The position numbers and the translations under genes are program-made. Shown here in pieces: positions 48,915 to 61,000 of a DNA stretch of 64,000 nt. How positions within the stretch are numbered: the first letter of the stretch is position 1; every line of letters starts with the position of its first letter. This stretch comes from Squalus acanthias (Eukaryota): NCBI GenBank assembly GCA_030390025.1, contig CM059441.1, positions 53,258,001 to 53,322,000 on the forward strand, written 5' to 3'. Under the pieces are notes generated by a model. The model was not told the DNA's origin, ran no database searches, and worked only from the letters and a program-made list of their open reading frames with translations.

Positions 48915-49404
48915 GTGGGTACATTTTCACTTCCTACAATTTCTTTTTTGGACTTCACACACTTTATTGCATAAAACCAACAACTAAAGATATCAGAGGT
49001 TTTCGTCGAAAAATAACACTGCCAAGGATCCGACAATGATTTTATTTACAAAATATTGTGGCATTGCTTTGGATTTGAAACAAAATCATATCGATTTCCC
49101 CCAATTGTATAATGGAATGAAACATTCAGTTCATTGTGTTTCCTCACACGGCTCTATGGGCCGTGAAATGTGTGTGCAGGTTGGGTGGGTGATTCAGTGG
49201 GATATGTGTGACTTTAAAACGGAGACTAATCTACCTTGACACGACACAGTCCAATCATTCCCCCAGATAACCCCACTTCACCCGAAGACCACATTGGTCC
49301 ACTCTCCCGCCCTGCAAGGCCCGGGTAGATTGATTTATAATAATATCATTCTGAGTACTCAGTGCTGGCATTTGGTTTCAGTGGAAATCTCTATTTCCTC
49401 CCAG

Positions 49405-49536
49405 GTCCGGTTCCGGGCGATTATGACGATGTTGAGACTGGAGTCACTGACACTCAGGGCGGTCACTTTCTGCTGGACGGTGGTCCTGATGATCTCCTCA
49501 CACTCAGAAGTGCCGGCGGTGATCTCTCCACTCTCG
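49405..49536 (+). CDS. Cytoplasmic-tail-like exon with DYDDV phosphotyrosine motif (SRCR receptor CD6/WC1/CD163-like)
   Basis: 132 nt, phase 1/1, tttcctcccag acceptor and gtgagt donor; GPVPGDYDDVETGVTDTQGGHFLLDGGPDDLLTLRSAGGDLSTL. Confidence 0.68.
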
Positions 49537-49987
49537 GTGAGTTACATGTCTGCCATTCCCGCAGTCACCAGCCCTCTGTGTAGGAATGGACTGGCGCTGT
49601 TTTAAATTCCCTTTCAATCGGCGGTGACACAGAGCGATGGTTGATTTAAGTTCATGTTGTGATTACAGGAAATAAAGTATTCTAGAAAAGAGATGTTGTA
49701 GAAAAGAGATCCTGATGCTGTTCAGTGTGGATTATCTTCCTTGTTAATACTCGCACCAAGAATCATTCCTGTGCTCAAACTGAACCGCCCGATTCTCGGA
49801 TATTAGATGCACCTCGTCTGCTGTCACCCAGCGGTAAAACACAGCACGGGGGTGTGGGTAGAAAACAATTCTCTTCCACTCACAGACCAACAAAGTCCAG
49901 CCCCTTCACCAAATTGACAGATATATATGACCCACACTGATGCGGGTTTTAATGCCATCATTAACCTATAATCTGTCTCTCCCACAG

Positions 49988-50144
49988 TGTACAGCTCTCA
50001 GACCCGCACTGATCCCGGTTTACCAGTTCCTTCCACTCCTGGTAACAATGACCATGTTCACTGTGACACGTTCACAACCCCGGACATTCCGCCACCGATG
50101 GGCAGTGACTGTGTGGCTCAAAATTTTACATCTACGTCAAGCCG
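49988..50144 (+). CDS. Pro/Thr-rich tail exon
   Basis: ctctcccacag acceptor and gtaaga donor; open in phase 1: VYSSQTRTDPGLPVPSTPGNNDHVHCDTFTTPDIPPPMGSDCVAQNFTSTSS; 157 nt, ending in phase 2. Confidence 0.6.
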
Positions 50145-50564
50145 GTAAGAGCAATGTTTTATTATCTGTTGCATTGTTTGTGCCCCAGTGCTGGGGGAGT
50201 GTCCAGTCCCGGGTGGATTCTGCTGAGTGACCATGGGCAGTGTGTTCAACCGTTAGTGATACTGAAACTAGCAGAGAGAACATGCGGTGCATTTACTGTT
50301 GAAATAAATACCCCATTATACTGGCTGTAATTAGTTCAATTCTGTGATTGTGGGGAGTGTGTTTAACGGCAAATGATACTGAAACTGTCAGAGAAGATGT
50401 TGTTTATTTATTATTTAAATAAAAGGCTAATTGAAGTGAAATATCAGAGGGAATATTCTGTGTAGTGAAAAAGACTCCATTTGATTGTATCGTGTGTTGG
50501 TGGGAATTGTTTAATCCTCTCTCTCTCTCTCTCTCTCTCAAGGTGTTTGTTTTTTTCCTTTCAG

Positions 50565-50638
50565 GTAAAAGTCAGCGGAAAATCCCGGATGCAATGTCCC
50601 GGGGCGTGTCACAGAGTAGCGGGAAATATTCTGTGTGA
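50565..50638 (+). CDS. Probable terminal exon
   Basis: Strong acceptor ttttttcctttcag. In phase 2 it gives an immediate stop (CG|G TAA); in phase 1 it reads KSQRKIPDAMSRGVSQSSGKYSV*. Confidence 0.45.
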
Positions 50639-50811
50639 AATCTGAGAGAATGTCCATTAACTTTTCCAACAGTGTGAACATGCTGAATGTGCTTCTCTTC
50701 ACGATATAAACATCACTTTATTTTAATCAATCGCCATGTTAATTTGTTTTGAAATACATAGATTTAGCTTTTCTCTGTATTTTGGCTGCGTTCTGCTTAA
50801 TTAAAAATTAT

Positions 50812-51233
50812 GAAACAGAATAGAAACTAGGAGCAGGAGTAGGCCATTCAGCCCGTCGAGCCTGCTCCACCATTCAATACGATCATGGCTGATCATCCAA
50901 ATCCAGTACCCTGTCCCTGCTTTAATCCCCACAGTACACATATCCCACCCTACCCCCGTAACCCCACGTATTTAATTCCCCCTAACATATCCAATCCTAT
51001 CCCCATAACCCCACATATTTAATCCCCCCCTAACACTAAGGGTCAATTTATCATAGCCAAATCAACCTAACCTGCACATTTTTGGACTGTGGGAGGAAAC
51101 CGGAGCACCCGGAGGAAACCCACGCAGACACGGGGAGAATGTGCAAACTCCACACAGACAGTCACCCGAGGCCAGATTCGAACCCGGGTCCCTGGCGCTG
51201 TGAGGCACCAGTGCTAACCACTATGCCACCGTG
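50812..51233 (-). mobile_element. HE1-like V-SINE with CR1-derived tail
   Basis: tRNA-like head (GGTGGCATAGTGG...GGGTTCGAATC), V-domain GTCTGCGTGGGTTTCCTCCGGGTGCTCCGGTTTCCTCCCACAGTCCAAA and CR1 3' tail. Confidence 0.88.
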
Positions 51234-51834
51234 TTGGTATTCGGATCATTGCTTTGCCTATATTAATACTGTAAAACACTGCTCTGCGTGGATTAATCAA
51301 CTCTGTAACAGAGATTAAGAACCTGTGTTTATTGTTGAAGGGTTTATATGAACTTCATTTTGTAACCGCTTCACTTTTTCATACTCCATTTAAGATGGTT
51401 CAGAACCCGCAGGGGATCAAATGAATGGTCTGTCTGTTTTATCTCCCTTTATTGTAACTGTTCCCTGCACCGCCATATACTCGATGTACAGAGACAGCTG
51501 CAGTTTCATACTGGAAGTGGTGATGTACATAGCGTTTAAAAATAAAAAATGCATTTATTAAATATTATGTTTGACATTTGTGCCTTTGTCGATGTTCATG
51601 TTTTTATTATGTCCCATTAGTAAACACACACCAATCCCTAGATACAGCACAATGTTGTTTTACTGCACTACACCTGTCCCTGGGAATTCGGCGTATGGCG
51701 GGAGTTCAGGAGAATCTGATCAGAGTTTCACGGCCACTGTTTTTGGACTTTAATTCTAAAAGCTAAATATTTCAGTTATTCAGCCGCAGAGAGCAATGGT
51801 CACTCAATCAGCAAAAAGACTGTACCGTGCAGTG

Positions 51835-51910
51835 TCCGCCAGCAGGTGGCGATGCTTATTCTATCAGTATGACCACTGCAATGGCAAGTATCCACCAGCA
51901 GAGGGCCAAC
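51835..51910 (+). promoter_or_regulatory. Two tandem candidate CTCF sites
   Basis: CGCCAGCAGGTGGCGA (about 51837) and CACCAGCAGAGGGCCA (about 51892) match the CTCF core CCASYAGRKGGC; each is preceded by a TGCAR element. Confidence 0.45.
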
Positions 51911-51919
51911 ATTATTACA

Positions 51920-54178
51920 AATAAAAACGGAAAATGCTGGAACCACACAGCAGGTCAGGCAGCATCTGTGGAAAGAGAAACAGTTAACGTTTCATGTCAG
52001 TGATATCTTCAGAAATCTAAAATGTTAGAGATTAACCGCTTTTAGTAAATAAAGAGCCAGGGAAAAGGGGGCATGAAAAAATCAAAAAGCTGAAGGTCTG
52101 TGATAGGATGGAGGGCAGGAGTGATTAAGTGAATCCTCGCTTCCCTCACTCTGATCTATGTCCCTGTGAACTTGCAGCAGTCCATTCTCTCAGGTGCAAA
52201 CCTGACATTATCATTAATTCTGCTGATAAGGGAGTCGCTGTTGTTGTGTGATGAAAATAGGTCTACCTTGTGGAGTCTAAACACAAAGGCCCAAAATTTG
52301 CGATCGGGGGCTTCCCGCGGGTAGATGCCTCCGACCTGTAAAAAATCTCCGCATTTACCGGGAGGTCTGGAGGCTCCCGAGCCTGGGCTTCTCCGGGTCC
52401 GCGCGGGCAGAGGCCCAGGTATCTCAGGTGCGCATGCGGTTCACAAGCGCCCCTGGTATCACATGGACCAGCTCACCCAATAAAAGATGAGAATCCCCAT
52501 TCATACTTATGGGAGTTTCGTACGTCCGGATCTCCCATAAGTATGAATGGGGATCACTTTAAAAATACAGAACACATCAAATAAATAAATAAATTACATT
52601 TAAAATTAATTAAAATGCAATTTAATTAACTATTTTAAACGAACATTTAATTTTTTGAAAAAAATTATATGTATTAAAGGGGCTAAAAATAAACTTACCT
52701 TATTGGACAGTGTTTTAATTGTATAAATGAGTGATAACATTTTATTTTGCTATTTTTAAAACTCTTATGCTGGTAACAGCTGGCCTTAGGCCTGCATTTA
52801 CCAGGCATAAGAATTTCACAGACATTCAGCGGGTGTAAGTTGGGCAAATAGCGCAAATCTCCACCCGCAGAGGCCCATCTCCCTGGGATGCGGAGGATCC
52901 GTCAAGAAGATTCCGATGCCTAAACCCGGAACTTGCGCGGCCCCTACGGTCACATACACACCTCGTACACACCCGTAGAGGTCGTAAAATACGGCCCAAA
53001 TGCTCTGACATCTCCTACTCCCTCCCCCGCACCATGACCCCACCACCGAACCTCAAGCCATCCTTTCCCAGACTGTCACTGACCTCATCTCCTCTGGAGA
53101 TCTTCACCCCACGGCCTCCAAACTCATAGTCCACTAACCTGGCACAGCCCCTGCTGCCTCCTTTCAAACATCCCCAAACAGGACCACGCCGGTAGACCAA
53201 TCATATCATCCTGTTAATGCCCCAGAGAACTGATTTCTTCCTATCACAACTGTAAATGTTCTCCCCTTGTCTAATCTCTTCTGACGCCATCCACCTTTTC
53301 AACCATTCCAGTTTATTGGCCATAGCCGTCTCCTTTCCGCCATAGATGCCCAGTCCATCTACAACCTCACCCCCACTAGGACATTCAGGCCCCTACACCT
53401 CCATCGCTCACCAGGTTGTCCAGTCCATTTACATCTCCATCTCTCATCGTTACGTTCAGTCCTTCTACACATCCATCCCTTACAAGGATGTCCAGTGCCT
53501 CTACATCTCCATTTCTCACCAGGCCATCCAGTCCCTCGACACCTCCACCCACCAGGATGGCCTGCGGGCCTTGCACTTCTTCCATGCATGGAGGCCCAAC
53601 CAATCCCGATCCACAACACCCTCCTCCACCTGGCCCAACTCGCTCTCACATTAAACAGCTTTCCCTTTGACGCTGCTCACTTCCTCCAAATAAATGTGTC
53701 ACGGGTGAACCCATATGGGTCCAAGCTGTGCCTGTCTTTTAACGCTATATGTGGAATATTCTTTGCTTCAGACCGAGTCATGTCACATCCCTGACATCTT
53801 TTTTCTGGTCCGTTGATGTCTGTGCGGCTTCCTGCTCTCGCCCTGAACTGGAAAATTTCATCAATTTTGCTTTAACTTCCACCGTTTCACATGATCCATC
53901 TCCAACTCTTTCTCTCCCTTCTTGACTTCCTGTCTACGTTTCTTGGGTTAGGTTGTTTAAAGTGTCCACTGCAGGGACACCGAATCCCACAGCTACCTTG
54001 ATCATACTTCCTCCCAACCTGCTTCGTGTAATGTCTCTATTCCATTCTCCCAGTTTCTCCGTCTGCCTCACATCTGATCCGATGATGCCATCTTCCATAC
54101 CGGTGCTTCAAAAATGCCTTCCTTTTTGTTTTCCCAAGGATTCCCCTCCACAGAGGTTGACAGGGCCCTCGACTGTGG
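51920..54178 (+). mobile_element. Penelope-like element: inverted terminus + decayed RT, interrupted by a MITE, with internal ~36-bp tandem repeats (53350-53560)
   Basis: AAAATGCTGGAA...CAGCAGGTCAGGCAGCATCTGTGG terminus; ADKG.AVVV and DVQSLYTSI-type repeats; homologous to 23790-24500. Confidence 0.8.
52288..52997. mobile_element. Probable MITE copy 3, apparently complete
   Basis: Imperfect terminal inverted repeats GGCCCAAAATTTGCG / CGTAAAATACGGCCC flanked by AAA; splits a Penelope RT. Confidence 0.6.
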
Positions 54179-54815
54179 AGGGAGAGAAAAAACAGAAAAA
54201 CTACAGGCCAGTTAGCCTGATATCAGTCGTCGGGAAAATGCTGGAATCCATTGTTATGGAAGTGGTATCAGGGCACTTAGAAAATCATAACATGATTAGG
54301 CAGAGTCAGCATGGTTTTATGAAAGTGAAATCGTGTTTGACAAATTTATTAGAGTTTTTTGAGGATGTAACTAGCAGGGTAAATAAAGGGGAACCAGTGG
54401 ATGTAGTATATTTGGATTTCCAAAAGGCAATCGAGAAGGTGCCACAAAAAAGGTTATTACACAAGATTAGGGCTCATGGGGTTGGGGGTAATATAGAAGT
54501 ATTGATAGAGGATTGGTTAACGGACAGAAAACAGAGAGTAGGGATAAACACATATTTTTCAGGTTGGCAGGCTGTAACTAGAGGGGTGCCACAAGGATCA
54601 GTGCTGGGGCCACAGCTATTTACAATCTATATTAATGACCTAGATGAAGGGACCGAGTGTAATGTATCCAAGTTTGCTGCTGATACAAAGCTAGGTGGAA
54701 CAGTAAGCTGTGAGGAGAAACAGTCTGCAATGGGATATAAATAGACTAAGTCAGTGGGCAGGAAGGTGGTAGATGGAGTATAATGTAGGGAAATGTGATG
54801 TTAGTCACTTTGGTG
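54178..54815 (+). mobile_element. CR1 RT fragment
   Basis: NYRPVSLISVVGKMLE, YLDFQKA, GVPQGSVLGP and KFAADTKL. Confidence 0.92.
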
Positions 54816-54916
54816 CAGCCAGGTGCGTGCACATAGCGACCTTGCGCTTACCTCCTCAGCAATCTCCAGCCAGGCAGCCTTTGTCTGCTGAGGAGGCTTC
54901 CTCCGGCCACCGGGAA

Positions 54917-56315
54917 TCATAGAGTCATCGAGTCATAACGGCACAGAAGGAGGCCATTCGGCCCATCGAGTCCGTGCCGGCTCTCTGCAGAGCAATCCAG
55001 CTAATCCCATTCCCCCGCTCTATCCCTGTAGCCCTGCAAGTTTGTTTTCCTCAAGTGCCTATGCAGTCGACCCTTGAAAATATTGAATGTGTCCGCTTTC
55101 ACCACTTCCGTCAACAGCGAGTTCCAGGTCCTCACCACTCACTGCGTAAAAAGGTTTTCCTCACAGCCCCCCGTATCTCTTGCCCAAAACCTTAAATCTG
55201 TGTCCCACCTTGCACCATCAACTAATGGGAACAGCCTTTCCTCTTCTAGCCTATCCAAACCAGTCATAATCTTGTACAGCTCCATCAAATCACCCCTCTA
55301 CCTCCTTTGCTGTAATGAAAACAAATCCAACTTCTCCAACCTGTTCTTGTAACTAAGATCCCCCATCCCCGGAACTATTCTGGTAAATCTCCTCTGCACC
55401 CTCTCAAGGGCCTTCACATCTTTCCTCAAGTGTGGTGTCCAGAACTGGACGCAAACTCCAGTTGTGGCATAACCAGCGCTTTATAAAGATTCAGCATAAC
55501 TTCTCTACATTTGTACTCAATACCTCTATTTAGGAAACCCAAGATCCCATATGCTTTGCTAACAACTCTCTTAATATATCCTGCCAACTTCAGGGACCTA
55601 TGTACATTAACTCCCAGGTCCCTCTGTCCCTGCACACTCTTTAAAACAGTGCCATTAAGTGTATATTGCCTCTCCCTGTCCCTTCTGCCAAAATGCATCA
55701 CCTCACACTTCTCTGTATTAAATTGCATCTGCCAATTGTCTGCCCATTCTGCTTGCCTTCCTATGTCCTGTTCCAGTCGATTGGTATCATTCTCACTGTT
55801 TGCTACACCCCCAAGTTTGGTGTCATCGGCAAATTTAGAAATTCTACTTTGTATTCCAATATCCAGGTCATTATATATCAAAAAACGCTGTCAGTCTAGC
55901 ACTGACCCTTGGGGAACACCACTCTCTACCATCCTCCAGTCTGAAAAACAGCCATGAACCACAACTCGCTGTTTTCTGTCCTTAAGCCAATTCCTTATCC
56001 AAGCTGCCACTGACCCACCTATTCCATGAGCCTCAATTTTGTTAACAACCTTCGATGTGGTCCTTTGTCAAACACCTTTTTAAAATCCATGTAGACAACA
56101 TCCATTGCGTTCCCTTCGTCGATCCTTTCTGTTAATTAATCAAAGAAATCAATTCGATTAGTCAAGCATGATCTGCCTTTTACAAATCCATGTTGGCTCT
56201 CCTTAATTAGTTTAAACCTCTCCAATTTTTTCCTTGATTATTGTTTCTGAAACTTTACCCGCCACTGATGTTAAACTGGCCGGTCTGTAGTTACTAGGAT
56301 TGTCCTTACACCCTT
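54917..56315 (-). mobile_element. CR1 LINE (RT to 3' end)
   Basis: SKFADDTKLGG and WQMQFNTEKCEVMHFG; CR1 tail. Confidence 0.92.
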
Positions 56316-56942
56316 AGGGAACAGAATCTCCCTGCGTCCTCTTACTCCCTGCACAAGAGCTTGCAGGGAGTCCTCAGTGAATCGAGGAGCAGCCTTGGAT
56401 TTTGAGCACTCGAGGTCACCTTGGCCCATTCAAGCTGCAGCAGTAATGAAAGGCGGAGGCTACATGGAGCCCTTAAAAACAAGTGTAGCAATGACCTCAT
56501 CAGTGCAGACCAACAGACCCGCTCCCAGTCATTGCAGCAGGCAGCGCGCACCACGGGCCTAATTGGTCCAATTAAATCAAAATGGGACATCGGGAGCGGC
56601 TGAAACCGGCAGCGGGTCCGAAACCCGCCCACCAGACAACCCGGCTCCACCCCGCCTCCTCCATTAAAATCCAGGCCAGCTGCAAATTTGACCCCGAACT
56701 CCATTAAAGTTCTGTTTTTGCTCCCAGCCTGATATATAATTACCCTGTTAATTTATCTTCCTTAAAGTTAACTTAGTGACAATGTGATTCTGTCTCAGGG
56801 AAATGCGGGCTCTCCAAATGTGTCACTCGCTAACTGGTGGCCATGGCAACGGCGGATCTACTGGTCGTCAGTCTGATATTGAGGCAGATTCCTGTTGCTT
56901 TTTGGGAACAGTTTAATTTTGCGGAGTCCATTCCAGTGTGTA

Positions 56943-58984
56943 CTCTTTTGATTGGGCACAAAACCAAATGACTGTAAATCAATTAAAACTTTAAATGAAA
57001 CTTAATAAATCAAATTAAAATTTGGTAGCCCAGGGTGACGATGCACTCCAGTCCCCGCGGCACCCACCGGTTGCGGAAAAACTCAAGCGTGCCGGCGGAC
57101 ACCGCTTGCTCCATCTCCAGGGCCACCCGGGCGCGAACATGGCCGCGGAAGAGAGGCAGGCAATCGGGCCGAACGACCCCCTCGACCGCCCGCTGCCTGG
57201 ACCAATTAATGGCTTTCTTGGCCAGGCCCAGGAGCAGTCCTACGAGCAGGTCCTCCGACCTGCCCGCTCTGCTCCGCACCGGGTGACCGTAGATCAGGAG
57301 CGTGGGGCTGAAGTGCAACCAAAAATTGAGGAGCAGCCCCTTCAAATAATGAAAGAGGGGCTGCAACCTCTCACACTCAATATAAATGTGAAAGACGGAC
57401 TCCTCCAGGCCGCAAAAACGGCAAGCAGCCTGGGAGTCCGTAAACCTATTTAACAACCTATTGCACGGGATTGCTCCGTGCAACACCCTCCAGGCCAAGT
57501 CCCCAATAGAACAAGGGAAAACTCCCGCGTAGAGAGCCCTCCATTGGGGACCTTCGCCTCCGCCGGACGGCAGGATGGCACGCCAAGGCGTGTCCGGACG
57601 GCAGACGAAGATGGCAAAGTGGAGAGTGTGCAGGAGCAGCCCGTACAGGAAATGCCTTCGTGCAGAATGAAGGGGCACGGAGGGCATTTCTCCGAGAAGG
57701 CTCAAGTGGTGAGGCGGTGGCTCCCGAGGGAGGATTTGGGGCCGGGCGCCGATAAGGAATTCCGTCCGAACGGAGGTCAGCTCGGACGGGATCGCCCCAC
57801 GTGCCTGAGCCTCCTCGATACACCTAGTGGAGTCGGGGCCCAGTGCCACTTTTAGCGACTCGATGGCTTTGACCGCGAGCCGGACGTTGACCCAGGACAT
57901 GCGCCTCGCCAACTCCTCCGGCGCCATCCAGCCCGCTCCTCCGCCATCGAGCAGGTCCCCGACTCTAGTCATCTTACCGGGCACAGCCCTGCCCTCCGCC
58001 AGCCAGCCGAACCCGCGGTCGTGGAGGTGCGGATTCCTGAGCAGCGGCTCCCGAAGGACGGCCGCCACTCCTGATGGGGGAGAACTGCGCCTGGAGGCGA
58101 CGCTGTTCCAAACCCATAGCAGTTCCTGGTAGAAGACAGGCAGCTCCCGCAGGCTGGCACATGTGCCGCCCACTCTCACAAACAGGAGCTGCGTGTCGTA
58201 ATTGAGGCCGTGCAGCTGGCGGAAGAAATACATCGCCAGCGCACGCCACCTAGGAGACTCAGAACCACGGCAGAGACCCAGTGCTTCTTTTTGTCCCAGA
58301 AGAAGTCGACGAGCTTCTTCTGCATCTTGGAGACAAACACAGGGGGAGGGATCAAAGTGACCAACCGGTACCACAACATGGCGGCCACCAGCTGGTTTAT
58401 GACCAGCGCTCGACCCCTGTAGGACAACACTCGGAGCAGTCCTGTCCAGCGCCCTAGGCGAGCGGTGACTTTGACCTCCAGCTCTTGCCAGTTTGCTGGC
58501 CAGGCGTCCTCGGCCGGGCTAAGGTAGACTCCCAGGTAGAGGAGGTGCGTTGTGCTCCAGGCGAAGGGCCTGAACTCCTCCGGCAGGGAGTCTACCCGCC
58601 ACGGGCCCACCAGGAGTCCAGAACATTTCTCCCAGTTGATCTTGGCGGAGGATGCATCCGAGTAAATCTGCTGGCATTCTCGCATCCTCCGCAAGTCGAC
58701 CGGATCCGTGACCGTGAGGAGCACGTCATCGGCGTAAGCCGAGAGGACCACCTCCACGCCCGGCCCTTGCAGAGCCAGTCCCGTCAACCTCTTCCGCAAG
58801 AGGCGCAGGAAAGGCTCCACGCAAACGGCGTATAACTGACCGGACATGGGGCATCCCTGACGCAGCCCCCTCCCGAAGCGAAGGGGCGCCGTCAAAGACC
58901 CGTTAACTTTAATCAGACACTCTGCGGCGGCGTACAGAAGTCGGATCCGGGCGACGAAATGCGTCCCAAACCCGAATGCGCGCA
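56943..58984 (-). mobile_element. Tx1 (L1-clade) LINE, 5'-truncated, with an internal deletion near 58280
   Basis: RGLRQGCPMSGQLY, AYADD, YLGV, LSYRGRALVINQL and zinc knuckle CRFCGLEESVFHIYIEC; 14-bp TSD CATTCCAGTGTGTA at 56929-56942 and 58985-58998. Confidence 0.92.
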
Positions 58985-61000
58985 CATTCCAGTGTGTAAT
59001 ATCCACACGGTTCTGCTTCATGCAGCCACTGGCTGTTCTGTCTGGTTCACGGTCACTTTCACCTTTGATCAATTTGTGGTCATTTTTGGCCAAAAGCGGA
59101 AAACTAAATATTGCTCCGAGATAATGGCGGCTGTGGTTCCAGGAACAGTGACTGTGCTGAGCTGTTTAAAGAACATTTTCCGGTTCTTTATGTTAACAGA
59201 TTGGAATATGCTTGGGAAACCGCCCTGGTTTTGTTTTGTCACAAACTCGGTTCGCATTTCACGGGTGTGGGGAGCTATCGAATTCCTTCATTAGATTCTA
59301 ACCCCGTGGGTCCCATTTATTCTGATTTTGCTGCTCAATGCTTTAACTGTCAGACACATTTTCGTGGCCGACAGGGCCCGTGCCTGCTTCCGAATTTTAG
59401 TCCTTGCATGTTGCACTGACATTATTTTAAAGGCAAGGCTATACCTAAATCTAAATTAAATGAAAGTTTGGAGAAGTATATCCATCAACATAAGGATATG
59501 GACTTGAACCTTGACCCTGTCCTACAAGCTGATCCATCAGATTGGGTCAGAATTTGCTTGAGGAAGATTTAGATATAAAACAAAATTAGAAAGAGAAAAG
59601 GCCTGATGGTCCAAAGCTTACTTATGGCCTGTAAAGCTCTCTCTAAACAGCTGCAGGAGTGTGAAATCCAGTGTGAGGAGCTGGAACCTGCTAAGTTAGC
59701 AGAGAAACAAAGCTTGCAGAGTGAGAAGCAGTGGGTTAAAAAGCTGAATGTCTCACTGGCTCCCCAGGTTAATATGAAACATTTGGAGGAGGTGAATGCA
59801 CGAGGACAGCGTGAGAATTCGCAGCTGAGCGATGATGTGTCAGAGCGAGATCGTGCATTCAGAATGGTGCTTCAGGACAGAAGTGATGGTCGTGCGGCGA
59901 GCTGTAACTCCGAGACAGCGTCCGCTGCCTCTGTGTCCGAGGGCCGATCAGCGGCGGGATCCCTGTATCCCCCGGTAGCTTCCCCCAGAGGTAGTTAAAA
60001 GGGTAATGCGGTGGGACAGGGCTTGAGATCTGAATCTGACAGTGAGGGTGATGTGCTTCTGATAGAGGCAGTGCAGAGATCAGGACAGGGGCCGGTGCCT
60101 CCGGTATCGGGGTTGTTGCGGTCGGGTCTGCAATACCCAGATGCAGATGCGCATAATGTGGAGCCACCAGCAGCTGCTGCGGATGCTGCCCCCCGACCTC
60201 GGGGAAAGTTTTAAAAGAATTAGCGAAGGATGGAGGGATGTTCGACCCTGACATGGGATCGATCTTTGACCATGTTAGCCAGGTGGAAGATGTGAGGATC
60301 AGGCTGCAAATACAGCCGGAGCACCTGATACGGCTTCTTTCTCTCAGCCTCCCTATGGGATATGGCGCTCTATTCCCGCTAATCGTCAAGAGGGCAGGAA
60401 AACTCCCCATCAGTTGTTGGGAAGTTACAGCAGTCTCTACAGCCGGAGGAATCAGGGTGGCATTGGTTCCTGGGACTAGGCAGAGTCCCAGTGAAGTCCC
60501 GGTTGAGTGTTGTGATGGGTTCTGGTGCTGATGGACGCGTGTCCCTGAACTGCCCCAGGCTGCCGGTAACTTGTCTCACAGAAAGTCGCTAGTTCGCGGT
60601 CTTCAGCCTGCCCTGCGGCAGCGCCTGGAGGAATCATGTCACTGGCAAACGCTCTGCTTTTCCCATTTACAAGCGGCTCTGATTCGCCTCTGGAGCAGCC
60701 GGAGACAGGCACCGGGATGGAACAAGCCGAAAATAGCCGGGTTTGAGGAGCCCAACCAGCAACAGCAGGCGGAGCCACTGAAAGCAGAGGGGCCGATCAG
60801 AACGATAATTGGGGGCCGGATCTGGAATCCACCGCCTCACAGCCCCGGGTGGAATAAGGATCGCGGGAGCGGGCCCGGCCCGGGAAGGTCGAGAACAAAA
60901 ACCTGGTGCCGGGGAAACCCGGGCAACGGCCCTCATTGTCCACAAACACTTTCTGACCAATTACATCACAGCAATAACACTGCCGCTGCTGGCGTCTAAG

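Noticed and set aside
51150-51233. tRNA gene (also at 626-700, 4075-4140 and 6560-6645)
   Set aside because: A/B boxes run straight into SINE bodies and no complete cloverleaf is evident; these are SINE heads.
53953-54744. 263-aa ORF as a novel RT fusion
   Set aside because: It is an off-frame Penelope remnant abutting a CR1 RT fragment at about 54178.
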